A stretch of 64,000 nucleotides of DNA. It comes from Blastocladiella emersonii ATCC 22665. Its lineage: Eukaryota > Fungi > Blastocladiomycota. Shown piece by piece: positions 35,983 to 47,521 of the stretch (position 1 is its first letter; every line of letters starts with the position of its first letter). The stretch covers positions 1,364,001 to 1,428,000 of the forward strand of contig JANHCV010000010.1 of the NCBI GenBank assembly GCA_025594325.1, given 5' to 3'. The notes beneath the pieces are model-generated. The model worked only from the letters and a program-made list of their open reading frames with translations, was not told the DNA's origin and ran no database searches. A program made the position numbers and the translations under genes.

Positions 35983-38010
35983 TCAGACAATGCTCCGGTT
36001 ACGCGGCATCTTGGCCGGGTCCGTCGCGTTGCCGCCCGGCTGGTGGCGCTTCTTGGCCTTCGCCGCTGGAACAGGTGCCGCGGCAACACGCGGCGCGGCC
36101 GAGTCGACGAGCGACCGCCGCCTCGCCCGTGCCGCCATCGCGTCGCGCAACCGCCTGTAATTCCGGTCGAGCGCAAACTCGATGACACACCGGTTCTTGA
36201 TGAGCGAGATGAGCGGCCACGTCGACCGCATCCCCTTGCGCACCCAGTAGTCCATGGCGGCCGCCGTCGGGTTCGCGAACAGCGACCGGTAGTCGTCGAG
36301 CGACAGGTCGGGCGTGATGGTCACGTCGCCCGTGATCGTCGGCGGCGCGACCCACTGCGCGACGAGCGGCGGGATCAACCCGAGGTACGCCGCTTGCGCG
36401 GTCCGGTGGCGGACTTCCATGAGCACGGCTGACAAAACGCGTGCGAGGAACGAGTGCCGCTTGCGCCACCCGCGGAGCACCATGGGCGCGGCGAGGGCCC
36501 CCGCCTGCGACACGATCAGGTGGTTCACGTTGAACAGCTCGACGAGGCGGTGGTGCGGCGACGACTCGGACGACGGGTCTGGCGGCGGGACGACTGCGGG
36601 CGCCGGGACGGACGTGGTGCGGGTGGTCGAGGCAGCGGCGGGCGTCGGTGTGACGCGGCCGAGGAGCGGACTCGTACCGGCGGCGGCCGCCCCCTCGCCC
36701 GCGGTGCCCGTGCGGCGGCGCAGGGGCGGGGGCGGGGTGGCGGCGCCGTCGGCGGCAGACCACGCGACGTCGCGGTCGTTGGGCGACCACTTGGAGATGC
36801 GCCCGTCGTTGTCCTTGGCGTAGAGGTAGTTGTGCTCGTAGAGCGGGTACGTCGCGGCGGTCGAGACGCACGCGGCGGACCAGATGAGCACGTTGGGCGC
36901 GGTGAGGTAGTTGAGGACCTGCGGGGTATCGTGGGGCCGGTCGGCGGCGACGGTGATGTTGAGGATGCGGTGGGTCTTCTTGAATGCCTCCTCGAAGGTC
37001 AGGTCGCCGACGTTGCTGCGGACGCAGTTTTCGAGGACCTTGATGTTGAGCGCGTGGCCCGTCTTGAACCACCGCACGAGCTTGCGGCGCAGGTTGCCCT
37101 GGGCGCCGACCTGGTCGAACGCCGAGAGGTCGATGCCGCCGGTGCGGAAGACTACCTCGAGCTCAGCGTCCGTGTGGATGCACACGAGCGCAGCGATCAG
37201 GGCGCCCACGGCGCTCCCCGAGATCACGTTCGGCAGCATCTTCTGCTCGTGCAGCGCGCGGACCACGCCCATGTGGTACAGCCCGAACGTCGCGCCGCCC
37301 TCGAGGATCAGCGCTGAGCACCCAAACGACTGCTTGGTCTCGTGGAAAAAGTCGAGGCGCATGGGCGGCGGCAGGTCCGGGTGGTCGGTCGACGCGAGCT
37401 GGTCGAGGATGCTGACGACCTCGCGCGTGTACTCCTGGATGAGCCGCTTGGTGCCGATATACGAGGTGCAGTAGAGGCGCGGGTCCGAGATCCCGCCGAG
37501 GTTGCGCAGCAGGCCGCTGCGCAGCGAGTAGATCATGTTGATGACGTCGCCCGCGCGCCGGTCGCTGCGCAGCTTGGCGAGCCGGTAGTGGATCAGCTTG
37601 TGGTCGTAGTCGGCCGACACGGGCGACTCCTTCCACCGGTCGTTGCCCAGCACCCGGTCCAGCTGCTGCGCCGTCGCCTTCCACTCGTCGTACGACGTCG
37701 CGTGCGCCAAAGCGTCGCGCAGCGCGTCGATGTTGTACCGCGCCGAGGGGGTGGTGCGTGGCGCCACGGCGGTTGTAGTGGGCGGCGGCTGTCGCGTGCG
37801 CCGCCGCCCCGTCCCCGTCGCGGCGGCGAGCCACGCGAGGACCGTGGCGACGACGGAGGTCACGACGGCTTGCAGGTAGTGCGCGAGGCCGGCCGGGCGC
37901 GATACATTAGCATCCATTCGAGGTGCGGGTCGGTCGAACGCCTCGGGCAGCCGCGGCGGTTTCACGACCACCGAAAACGCGTCGCGCCAGCCCACGTGGC
38001 CGAGTGACAT
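35983..38010 (-). CDS. Patatin-domain TAG lipase-like protein (Tgl3/Tgl4 family) with degenerate catalytic motif
   Basis: SYDEWKATAQQLD..WK..S.DYD, LRSGLLRNLGGI, GGATFGLYHMGVV, ISGSAVG (Ala at the nucleophile position), LTFEEAFKKT.RILNI, LNYLTAPNVLIWSA, ELFNVNHLIVSQ; intronless. Confidence 0.85.
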   Translation of the reverse strand: MSLGHVGWRDAFSVVVKPPRLPEAFDRPAPRMDANVSRPAGLAHYLQAVVTSVVATVLAWLAAATGTGRRRTRQPPPTTTAVAPRTTPSARYNIDALRDALAHATSYDEWKATAQQLDRVLGNDRWKESPVSADYDHKLIHYRLAKLRSDRRAGDVINMIYSLRSGLLRNLGGISDPRLYCTSYIGTKRLIQEYTREVVSILDQLASTDHPDLPPPMRLDFFHETKQSFGCSALILEGGATFGLYHMGVVRALHEQKMLPNVISGSAVGALIAALVCIHTDAELEVVFRTGGIDLSAFDQVGAQGNLRRKLVRWFKTGHALNIKVLENCVRSNVGDLTFEEAFKKTHRILNITVAADRPHDTPQVLNYLTAPNVLIWSAACVSTAATYPLYEHNYLYAKDNDGRISKWSPNDRDVAWSAADGAATPPPPLRRRTGTAGEGAAAAGTSPLLGRVTPTPAAASTTRTTSVPAPAVVPPPDPSSESSPHHRLVELFNVNHLIVSQAGALAAPMVLRGWRKRHSFLARVLSAVLMEVRHRTAQAAYLGLIPPLVAQWVAPPTITGDVTITPDLSLDDYRSLFANPTAAAMDYWVRKGMRSTWPLISLIKNRCVIEFALDRNYRRLRDAMAARARRRSLVDSAAPRVAAAPVPAAKAKKRHQPGGNATDPAKMPRNRSIV

Positions 38011-38325
38011 CACTTCCCCGAGAGGGACCGGATGTTTTATCACTCCCGCCCCGGAGAATAATACGCGGGTCCGGGGTTCCTGCTCGATAATCAGGAGGGC
38101 GGGAAGGAGGAGATTCCGGGGCCCGGGGTTGGCGGGACTGACATCATCGTGGGGCCTAGCGCGGCGACGCCAAGTCGGGCCGAGTTGAGCGGCGCCCCGC
38201 CGACGCCCTCTCCCTCTCGCCGCCGATCCCTCTTCCCTCTCGAGGTGCCGGCTCTGGCCTCTTCCCCCCTACTGCAACGTATCAACGCCACGCGCCACCA
38301 CGCATCAACTCATCCGAGATCAACC

Positions 38326-39357
38326 ATGGGGATCCGCCTCGCCCCGCTCAACGTGCCGATGCACCGGCGCCGGCAGACGCTGGGCGTGCTGATCTGGCTC
38401 TTGCTCGTCCCGCTCTCCCTCGCCATCTTCGTCTTCTCGCTGTACTGGACGTACACGCGCGCGTTCGCGCTCGCCTACATGACGTGGGTGCTGTTCTGGG
38501 ACCGGGCCGCCGAGACGGGCGGGCGGCGGTCGACGCTGGTGCGCCGGTTACCCGTGTGGACGTGGATGCGCGACTTCTTCCCCGCGGTGCTGATCAAGGA
38601 GGCCGACCTCGACGCCGACCGCAACTACGTCTTCGGGTACCACCCGCACGGCGTCATCTCGCTCGGCGCGTGGATCAATTTCGCGACCGAGGCCAACGGG
38701 TTCTCGGGCCTGTTCCCCGGCATCCACCTGCGCCTCCTCACGCTCTCGTCCAACTTCAACCTGCCCATCTTCCGCGAGATCATCATGTGGCTGTCCATCG
38801 CCTCCGTGTCGCGCAAGTCGTGCGAGACGATCCTGGGCAAGGGCCCGGGGCACTCGGTCTGCATCGTCGTCGGCGGCGCCCAGGAGTCCCTGTACGCGCG
38901 GCCCGGCACGCTCGACCTGGTCCTGAACAAGCGTCTGGGTTTCGTCAAGGTAGCGATCCGCAACGGCGCCTCGCTCGTCCCCGTGCTCTCGATCGGTGAG
39001 AACGACGTGTTCGACCTGGTCCCGACCCGCAAGGGCACCCTCCCCTACACGCTGCAGCAGCTGTGCAAGAACAACCTCGGGTGGACCGTCCCGCTCTTCT
39101 CGGGCCGCGGCATCTTCAACTACTCGATGGGCGTCCTCCCGCACCGCCGCCGTATCGCCACCGTCGTGTGCAAGCCCGTCCACCCCGACGAGGTCATGGG
39201 CCACCCGATCAACGTCGCGGCGCTCACCCCCGAGGAGCTCGACGCGGTGACGCGTAAGGTCCACGCCGCGTACGTCGAGTCGCTCCTGGCCGCGTGGGAA
39301 AAGTACAAGGACGAGTACGCGCCAGACCGCATCAAGGAGCTCGAGCTCGTCGAGTGA
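38326..39357 (+). CDS. DGA1: Diacylglycerol O-acyltransferase type 2
   Basis: LAPLNVPMHRRRQT, FGYHPHG, IVVGGAQESL, RLGFVKVA..GASLVPV..GENDVF; intronless. Confidence 0.95.
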   Translation: MGIRLAPLNVPMHRRRQTLGVLIWLLLVPLSLAIFVFSLYWTYTRAFALAYMTWVLFWDRAAETGGRRSTLVRRLPVWTWMRDFFPAVLIKEADLDADRNYVFGYHPHGVISLGAWINFATEANGFSGLFPGIHLRLLTLSSNFNLPIFREIIMWLSIASVSRKSCETILGKGPGHSVCIVVGGAQESLYARPGTLDLVLNKRLGFVKVAIRNGASLVPVLSIGENDVFDLVPTRKGTLPYTLQQLCKNNLGWTVPLFSGRGIFNYSMGVLPHRRRIATVVCKPVHPDEVMGHPINVAALTPEELDAVTRKVHAAYVESLLAAWEKYKDEYAPDRIKELELVE

Positions 39358-39445
39358 TCGAAATGAAGAAGTAGCACAGCACACTTTTGCAGCATCGTAT
39401 ATACATTCTACCCCTTCCATGTCCACTACTCTACACCCGTCTAGT

Positions 39446-41822
39446 CTAGTGCTCGCCGTGCTCGCCGCCGCCGCTCCCGCCGTGCGGCATGTAGTACACC
39501 GTCTCGCCGCCGCCGTGTTGCTGATGCGCACCAGGCGCCGAAGCAAGGAGCCACTGCATCGCCGCCGCCTGCTGATGCTGCTGCTGCTGCATGAGCATCG
39601 CCGCGTACTGCTGCTGCACCGCCACCGCCGCCATCTGCCCGTGGTGGTGGTGGAACTGCTGCTGCGGCGCCCGCGGAAGCGGGACCACGGGCGACCCCCA
39701 CGCCGACGTGTGCGGGACCGGGTGCCCGTGCCCGTGGCTGTGATGGTGGTGGTGGTGAGCCCGCGGGACCGCGGGGACCGGGGCCGCGCGACGCTGGACC
39801 AGCACTGGAGCGGGCTCGACGACGATCACGCCCGAGTCGCTGCCGAGCGCCGCGGACGCGGGCACCGACCGCGCGCGTTTGTGGTGGATGTGGTGGTGGT
39901 GGTCGGGTCCGCTGGCGAGGAGCGCGGCCGCGGTCGGCGCGGAAGGGGCGGCGGAGGTCGACTTTTTACGTTTCCGTGGCGAGGAGGCGGGCGTGGTCGA
40001 GGTCTACACCCGCAAAAGTGAGTGGTTTGCGCGCGGCCATGGGTGAGCGGGAGGAGAACGTACCGATGCTTCGCCCTCGAACCCCTCGATCGCGAGCTGC
40101 CCCGCGGGCGCGGGCGACTCGGCCGCGGCGCTGCTGCTCGCCGCGCGCTTGTGGTTGTGGATACAGTCGGCGCACGACGCGACGCGGCCCTCGAGCTTGT
40201 CGCGGCGCCGCCGGTTGCAGAACCAGTCTATACACACGCGCACACGCGTCGTCAGCCACGAACCACACCCTCGTCCCGCGCCGCGAAACGTACACTCGAC
40301 CTGCACCGGCCGGAGCTCGGCCGCCTGCGCGATCTCGGTGCGCCGCGCCGAGTTGAGGTGGATGCACAGAAAGTAGTACGAGTACAGCAGCGTCGTGACG
40401 CGCGGCGCGAACGCGCCCGTCGGCGTCTGCGCCTGCCCCTGCCCCGCTGCCCCCGCCGCCGCCGCCGCAGCGGCAGCCGCAGCGAGCTGCTGCTGCGCCA
40501 GGTGCGCCGGAACCTGCCCGCCCGCCGCCTGGATCAGCGTCGCCAGCGCCGCCGGATCGATCTGGATCGTCGCCATGGTCCCCGCGCCGTCCACTGGGTA
40601 GCTGAACTGCGCGACGCCCGGCGCCAGCGGGGCGGCGGTGGTGGTGTTGGGGGAGGTGGTGCGGATCTGCGGGTTCGGGCCTAGCAGCGCCGCCGCGAGC
40701 GACGCCATCGGCACCGCGTGCAGCACCGGCTGCGCCGCGCGCGTGGCGGGCTCGAGCGGGGTCGGCGTCGAGACAGCGGCCGACGCGGCGGCAGCGGCCG
40801 CGGCGGCGGCAGCGGAGGCTTTCTTCGACTTGGCCGACGTCGTCGACGACCGGCGCCGCTTCGCCTTGGATGCTGCCGGAGCGGGCTTGGCGGCGACAGC
40901 AGGCGCGGGGACGGACTCGGCGGCGACGACGGGTTCAGCGACGGACGGCACGGGCGTGGGGTCCTCGGTGTACTTGACGAGCGCGCGCTCGCCGACCGCG
41001 GCCGCGGGCTGATGCTTCGACTGCTGCGCCTCCTCGGTGCCCCCCTGGAACAGGCAGCTGTAAGGGAGCGGCCCATCCTCGATGTACTCGTCGTGCTTGC
41101 CGCTGCCGCTCCCAAGCCGCGCGTCGTTGTCGTGGAGCACGGGCGATAGCGGGTCGACGGCCATAGGCGACGCCGCGTGGTGGTGGTGCTCGGCCGTCGC
41201 GTCGCCGTACCCGACAGCGAGGTACGCGGGCCGCGCCATCGGCGACGACGCGCCGAGCCGCAGGCCCGCGGGCGGCGACCCCGCGTACGCCGCCAGGTCG
41301 TCGTGCGGGTGAATCTGCAGCCGCGCGGGCGACAGCGCCGGGCTGCGGAACTCGCCGAACCGCGGCGACGGCGAGCGCGCACCCGCAGGCGAGTCCTGCG
41401 GCAGCAGCGTCGTCGGGTACGTGAGCGGCGACGAGGCAGGGCCGGGGCAGGGCGCGGCGGCCTCGGTCTGGTGGAAGAGCTGCGACATCGACAGCGGGTC
41501 GTGGAAGCCGGCGAAACCGGGGTCTAGCAGCAGGTCCGACGCCGACGAGGACGGGAACGGGTCGCTGTCGCTGGCCGTCCGCGGCGCCGAATGTTGCTCG
41601 GGCTGCGGCTCGACGCTCGGCGACTGCGTCGCGCGGTGGAACCCCGAGTCGGCCGTGTCGGTCGATGCCGAGCGCTGCTCGGGATCTGGAGGCGACGAAG
41701 ACCGCCAAGTCAGCGAGCGGGACCGCGTGCGGAGCTCGATTGATCGCGACAGGCGTACCGTAGCCGAGCATCGCCTGATCCGCCGCGATACACCCGGCAC
41801 CGCCGCCGTGTGAATGATCCAT
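39446..41822 (-). CDS. Homeobox transcription factor with an atypical Cys50 homeodomain and His/Gln-rich tail
   Basis: Spliced exons 41822-41759, 41685-40294, 40227-40064, 40003-39446 give F8..L16..R31..I34A..L40..QVEYWFCNRRRR, then the NLS-like PRKRKK. Confidence 0.8.
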
Positions 41823-42759
41823 GTTGGTGTGGTGTGTGATCGAGAAAAAGTGCGGTAGCCGGATCCGCCAGGGATCAAACTATAGCACGAGTTTGGTGTG
41901 TGGGGAGCAGCAGAACAGCCGCTGCTGCGCTGCGGGAGAGGCCAGGAGTCGGCCCCGCGAGCGCAGTGCGGCCAGTCAGTGCGGGATGCAATGTCTCCAT
42001 TGTTTAGTTGTCTCCGCCACAGCCGTTCGCTTTTGCGTGTGAGAGCGAATTCGAGCCGTGCGTCTCGCACGCGACGCGAGGCGTTTCACCGCCCAAGAAA
42101 CGCTCACGTGACGGATGAGAGACGCGTTTTGGACGCGTCGCGCTGCTGCTGCTTGCTTGCAAGGTAACGCGCATCGCCGAAAAAGCCACCGCTACAATCT
42201 TTATCGCGCGCCAGCTGACCTTCTGCAGTCGCTTGTGGGAGGGTCAGGTCAGCAGAGCATAGAACGAGAGGCCGCCAGGCGAGGCGCACCTCGCCGACCT
42301 TCTCCCTCGCCCCGCCCCTCCGACGTTAGCCCAATGTAAATCTTTTATACATCGACCAAACGAAATTGATGTCTATGTAATGCGCCCTATGAGGCGAACT
42401 GAATGTGACGGCCGCGATGGCCGCGACGTGATCCGCCGCGCTCAGCCTGAGGCTCAGGCTCTGGTCAGGCGACTCGCCGCTCGGGAGCACGATGAGCGGG
42501 ACTTGTGGCACCATGGGCATGATTTCATCGGCGCTTATGATGCTTATGACGGGGATGGGAGAGAGTGAGAAGCTTGTACGAGAGCGCTTGCGACACACGA
42601 GCGGGGGGTCAAGCTCACACGCGGCGCTGGCCATTTGATGGGGGCACGACCGCGACACGCGCTGCATTCACAACGCACTCAAGTCGACACAACCAACGTA
42701 AATGCAAGACTGCAATGTATACGAAAACAAAAAGCACGAATGGAGGCCGTGCGAGGCGG

Positions 42760-44556
42760 CTAGTGGTAGTCGATCATATTCGGGTTCTGCTCGGAGTGCC
42801 AGCGCAGCAACGACCACACTTCGCCAGCAATGTCATCGGACGAGACAAAGACCTTCAGAGAACCGCCGCGGGCGAGCGCCAAGTTTAGCAACAACATGAC
42901 ACCCGTCTCGGAAAAATCGCCGCCCTTGACGCTCAAAGTCTCGACGGACTGGGGCAGGCGCGCGGCAAGTATCCCTGCGGCCTTGTCGGTGAGCTGGCAT
43001 TCATCCAGCGTGAGGGACTCGAGCCCTGTCGGAACAAGGTCCATCAACGCCTTGACGCAAGCATCGTCAAAGTTCTCGCTACATTCGTTCAAGTTGATTG
43101 ACTTGAGGCTCGGGCCAAGCATGCGACGCAGGAGTACTTCGGCGTTGCGCGCAGATCCAAACTGGAACGCATGGAGGTCCAGGGTCTCGAGGGCTGGAAA
43201 AGCGCAATCAGGCTCTGAGGAGCTGTCCGCCAGGAAGGCAAGATCCACCTCGGTGAATTCCTCCGGCTCGGAATATGTCACACCAAAGTTGATAGCCTTG
43301 AGCAAAGGGAGAGTTTGGTTGGCCAATGCGAGAAGCGCAAGTGGGCTTCCAGACACGTGAACCATTTCGAGTCGCTCCAAGGTCTTTGGAAGGCGATGAA
43401 AGAGGACGTGTAGACCTCGAAGGGCAATCAATTCATTCCAGCTGAGGATCAAGGTCCTAAGCTGCTGGGGAAGGGCAACCGCCAATGCTACAGCTCCGTC
43501 GCAGGTGATGTCGTTCGACTCCAAGTCAAGGTGCTGAAGGTTCGACGGAAAATAGCGTGACAGGGCCGCGACCAGGTCATCATTGAGCTCGCAAGTAGCC
43601 ACGCGAAGCGAAACAAGGCCGGGAGGCAGCCCGCGTCCCAGGTGCGCAATGCTGGCATCATTAAACTTGCAATGCTCGAAGGAAAGCTCCATGAGACCAC
43701 GCGGAAGGCGTTCCAGGTTGGCAGCAAAATGAGGCAACGCAAAGTTCTCCATCCCAATCTTTAGGGACGAAAGCGTGTCAGGGAATGTCAAGAATGCGCT
43801 CGGCACGCAACGGTGAGTGATGCGATTGCCGGTGAGTTCCAACGAGACGAGCGAGGATGGAAGCTTGATGGCCTGCAGGCGAGGGAAGTCCAAGTCGACC
43901 ATGTAGAGTCGAAGCGAATTAATCGGGTGACCTGGGATCGAAAGGGCGCGATTGAGCTCACGGATGCCGTCCATGGAAAAGGCAACATACGAAAACCGCA
44001 GGTCGACATGTCCGTTCTTGATTTGGTCGATTGCTTTGGTGCACCGTGCGTCGCCTTCGGTGACCTTGGAGCCGGTCACGATCTCGCCTGCCGGCTTGTC
44101 AGCGCTGAGGCATGGCCCGTATTGACTTGGGACGAGCCTGACGACACCCAAGAGGACGGCAGTCCACATGGAAAGTGCCTCGTACTTGAGCTCCAGCCCA
44201 GAATCGCGCCACCACTCGAGAACGTCGTAATGCTTGCCCTTCTCCGCTTGAATAAGCGCATATTCAGTGTACTCGAGCGGAAGATCGAAAGCGGAGCGGA
44301 AACGAAGCAGATCAACACGGCCAGCGGCGCTCGCGTCATCGACCGAGATAGTCAAGACGCGTTCTCGAACGGTTTGGTAAGTCTCGGGCAAGTAAAGGCA
44401 CAGAGAAACCCGCAGATAAGGTGCAAGAAGAGCGAGGTCGACGACGTCCTCGTCGTCAACGTCAAGATCGTGGAGGCGCACGGCCTCGGCGAGAATCTTG
44501 TCGACAAGTTCCGGTACAGCAAGCTTAGGTCGATGCATGGAGTTTGGTAGTTTCAT
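42760..44556 (-). CDS. L2: F-box-like + ankyrin-like + LRR protein, intact
   Basis: MKLPNSMHRPKLAVPELVDKILAEAV..ISVDDASAAGRVDLL..EWWRDSGLELKY, then LRRs. Confidence 0.85.
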   Translation of the reverse strand: MKLPNSMHRPKLAVPELVDKILAEAVRLHDLDVDDEDVVDLALLAPYLRVSLCLYLPETYQTVRERVLTISVDDASAAGRVDLLRFRSAFDLPLEYTEYALIQAEKGKHYDVLEWWRDSGLELKYEALSMWTAVLLGVVRLVPSQYGPCLSADKPAGEIVTGSKVTEGDARCTKAIDQIKNGHVDLRFSYVAFSMDGIRELNRALSIPGHPINSLRLYMVDLDFPRLQAIKLPSSLVSLELTGNRITHRCVPSAFLTFPDTLSSLKIGMENFALPHFAANLERLPRGLMELSFEHCKFNDASIAHLGRGLPPGLVSLRVATCELNDDLVAALSRYFPSNLQHLDLESNDITCDGAVALAVALPQQLRTLILSWNELIALRGLHVLFHRLPKTLERLEMVHVSGSPLALLALANQTLPLLKAINFGVTYSEPEEFTEVDLAFLADSSSEPDCAFPALETLDLHAFQFGSARNAEVLLRRMLGPSLKSINLNECSENFDDACVKALMDLVPTGLESLTLDECQLTDKAAGILAARLPQSVETLSVKGGDFSETGVMLLLNLALARGGSLKVFVSSDDIAGEVWSLLRWHSEQNPNMIDYH

Positions 44557-44665
44557 GGTTGCTCGTAGGCCGATACATGGGGGCAGCGGGAGGACGGAGC
44601 GCCACGCAAGTTCCGCGCGAAGGAGAGGCAAGGCAACGAAAGTGGCGTCGCCACTCGGGTGACTC

Positions 44666-44687
44666 TCACATGATTTCCCGTCGCGTC
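44666..44687 (-). promoter_or_regulatory. Bipartite motif upstream of L2
   Basis: TCACATGA-N5-CGTCGCGTC 110 nt from the ATG. Confidence 0.55.
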
Positions 44688-44920
44688 GCCCTTGTCGCGC
44701 ACGAACGCGAGAGTCCCTACATAGCATCACATCAGTGGGCGCTGAATGCAAGAAACCAGAGCTCAGTGGACGTTCGGCCAAAATCTCAGGGTCGTCGCGA
44801 AAACGCTCAAAACGTGAGGCTCGCTGCCGTTGCGCTCAAGGTCTGCACGTTTCGGTCGACCGTTTGTCACGGAAATAATGTACATATATATCAGAATAAT
44901 CAAAAAGAGTCTGGAAGAAA

Positions 44921-46711
44921 CTACGGGTAGTATGTGAAGATCTCTCGAGAGTGCTGCAAGTGCCTACGAATCAACTCTACCAACTCGCTGCGAGCGTGAG
45001 GGCCATCATCGCATCCATCATCGTCCTCGTCCTCCTCCTCATACTCATCGTCATCAAAAGGAAGAACAATGCGGAGATGACCATTCCGCGCGAATCCAAG
45101 GTCGAGGAGAAGCAGCATCCCTGCTTTCGTGAGTTCGTTGGCGTGGAACAGGAGCGACTTGACTGACTGCGGGAGCAGAGCAGCGAGAACCGCAGCGGAC
45201 TTGTCCGTTAGTCCGCAGCTGTCAAAGGAGATGGACTCGAGCGTGGGCGGGGCAAATTTCATCAAGGTTTCTACGCAAGCGTCGTCAAGCGAATAGCAAT
45301 CGGTCAAATCAAGCGACATGAGTTGCGGGCCGAGAAGTCGCGGCAGCACGACCTGTGCGTTCCGCGCGGAGCCGAAGGGGAAACTGGTGAGCTGTAGGCG
45401 TTCGAGGACCGGAAACGCATGTCCCTCCACTGGCATACTGAGGGACGGCCGCTTCCGACTTGACAAGCTGAGTAAGACAAGCGGATCAGTACACAATTCG
45501 TCAAGCTCGAGCACCTCCAGAGTTTCCGGGAGGTACTGGAAGATGATATGAAGGCCACGAAGCGCGATTGCCTTGTTGTAGCTCAGAACCAAGGTCTTCA
45601 GCTGTTGAGGGAGACGGAGACCCAGCTCCATGGCACCATCCGATGTGATCAAGTTGTCCTCCAAGTCGAGGTGCTTGAGAAATGACGGAAGATGGTGCGA
45701 AAGCTCTGTAATACAGTCGTCATCGAGCTCGCATTCGGTCACGGTCAGAGACAAAAGGCCAGGAGGCAAGCCGAGTGCAAGATGTGCAGCAGTTACCGAA
45801 TTCAGCGTACAGGACGTGAGCGTGAGTTTCGTCAGGCCGCGCGGAAGGCGCTCGAGGTTGGCGGCGAAATGGGGAAACGTAAGGTCGTCCGTTTCGATGC
45901 TGAGGAAGGAAAGTGTATCGGGAAGAGCCAAAGTCGTGCTCGGTAAGCACCGGTGAGCTATGCGATTGCCGTCAAGGCGCAGCGAGGTGAGCGAGGGCGG
46001 AACCTTGATGGCCTGCAGGCGAGCGAAGTCCAAGTCGACAGTTCGCATCCAAAGCGAAACGACTGGGCGGTCTGGGATGCAGAGAGCGCGATTAAGCTCA
46101 TTGATGCCATCCATCGAGATCCGAGCGCTCTCGAGTACTAGTTCAGTTGTTCCTTCAGCGACTTCGTTGTACCCTTTGGTGCACCGAGCGTCACCAGCTG
46201 CGACTTTAGCACCCACCAAGCCCGAAGGAGGAGGCACCACATACGAAGCCCGTCGCGAAGCCGCCAGTCTTGTCGACCGTGGCCAGTGCTGAGGGTAGTC
46301 ACGAGGCACGCCAAGAATGATGGCGGCCCAGAGGGGGAGCTCGCTATATTTGAGGTACAGACCGGAGTCGCGCCAAAATTCAAGCGCGTCGCAGTGGCGG
46401 TTCGTTGCGGCGAGTTGCAGGGCAGCCTCGGTGTACTCGAGCAAATATCCCAAGGCGAGGCGGAAACGCAAGAGACGGACTTGGCCGGCAGCGCTCGCGT
46501 CGTCAACGGAGATGCTTATCATACGGTGCTCGACAGCTCGGTAGGTGCAGGGAAGGTGAGCGCGAGGCGCGACCGCCAAATATAGTGCGAGCACGGCAAG
46601 GTTGGGACCACCGTCATCGCGGTCATGGAGTTGCACAGCCTCAGCGAGAATCTTGTCAACGAGTTCCGGTACGGCAAGCTTAGGCTAATGCATGGAGTCT
46701 GGAAGTTGCAT
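44921..46711 (-). pseudogene. L3: LRR family gene with a nonsense codon at position 9
   Basis: ATG CAA CTT CCA GAC TCC ATG CAT TAG (46685-46687; Gln or Arg in paralogs); the rest is open, with an in-frame deletion of about 20 codons near 45438. Confidence 0.7.
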
Positions 46712-46838
46712 GGTGCTTCAGGAGCTATACATTGGCAGCGGAAAGGAGAAGAGCCGCGAGGCGAGCTAGTCGAGGAGACATGACGGGGGGCTGGTCGTAG
46801 CGGCGCCTCGCGGGCGAGCCACGTCCACGTGTCGTCCC

Positions 46839-46860
46839 TCACATGAGAACGCGTCGCGTC
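46839..46860 (-). promoter_or_regulatory. Bipartite motif upstream of L3
   Basis: TCACATGA-N2-ACGCGTCGCGTC 128 nt from the ATG. Confidence 0.55.
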
Positions 46861-47491
46861 ACTGTGTAAGGCCGACCCTCAATGAAAGAAAATCAACATC
46901 ATATTACGTAAAAGAGAAACATAAAATCAAATGCGGGGCTTTGCCCAAGCTATAGTGACCGCGATTTTCTGGCTAACGCTCGTCACGTGGCCGTCACACT
47001 TTTCTCAATGACATCACTCCCCGTGTCGCGTTCCGCCACTTCGCTTCGGCTCCCGCTTCCGCGCTGCTCCCCTCCCATATGCTCCCCTTAATCGATGAAG
47101 CTGAATTAATCTATGCAATGGATCTTATAAATCATGGACTCGATGGCAGGCTGGTCCCGTCTCTCCTGCAGCGTTTTGGGTGGAGCCCGCGCAGCAAAGT
47201 GCTGTGCTGCGCTTCGTTCGACCGTTGGCTTGAGCGTTCCATTGGCATCGCTTTCGCACTGTCCTCTTCAAGCTGCACGAGTGCTGCTTAAGCGAGCTCG
47301 TGAGCGGAGAAGCATGCCGCGGGATGCTTTCACGTTGCCTGAGCTTGCAGTGCCTTGTCTGCTGAGGTGACCCAAGCTCGAAATTCTTGCTTATTGTGTC
47401 CTTATCCTTCCCCTGCTGTTGATGGACTCGCTCTTCCTGCGCCGCCGCCGCCGCCGCTATTACTACACTGCCGTTATGCCCGCCAGGCCTA

Positions 47492-47521
47492 GCGTCGCGT
47501 CGCGTCGCGTCGCGTCGCGTC
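47492..47521. repeat. (GCGTC)6 microsatellite
   Basis: Six perfect pentamer units read directly. Confidence 0.95.

Noticed and set aside
42326-42667. 113-aa ORF between the homeobox gene and L2
   Set aside because: No coding-type codon bias or recognisable motif
23616-46687. UAG reassignment or readthrough explaining the in-frame TAG codons
   Set aside because: Intact genes here (SEC66, L2, M50B, D2) end in TAG, and two of the three genes with an in-frame TAG (B1, B3) also carry frameshifts
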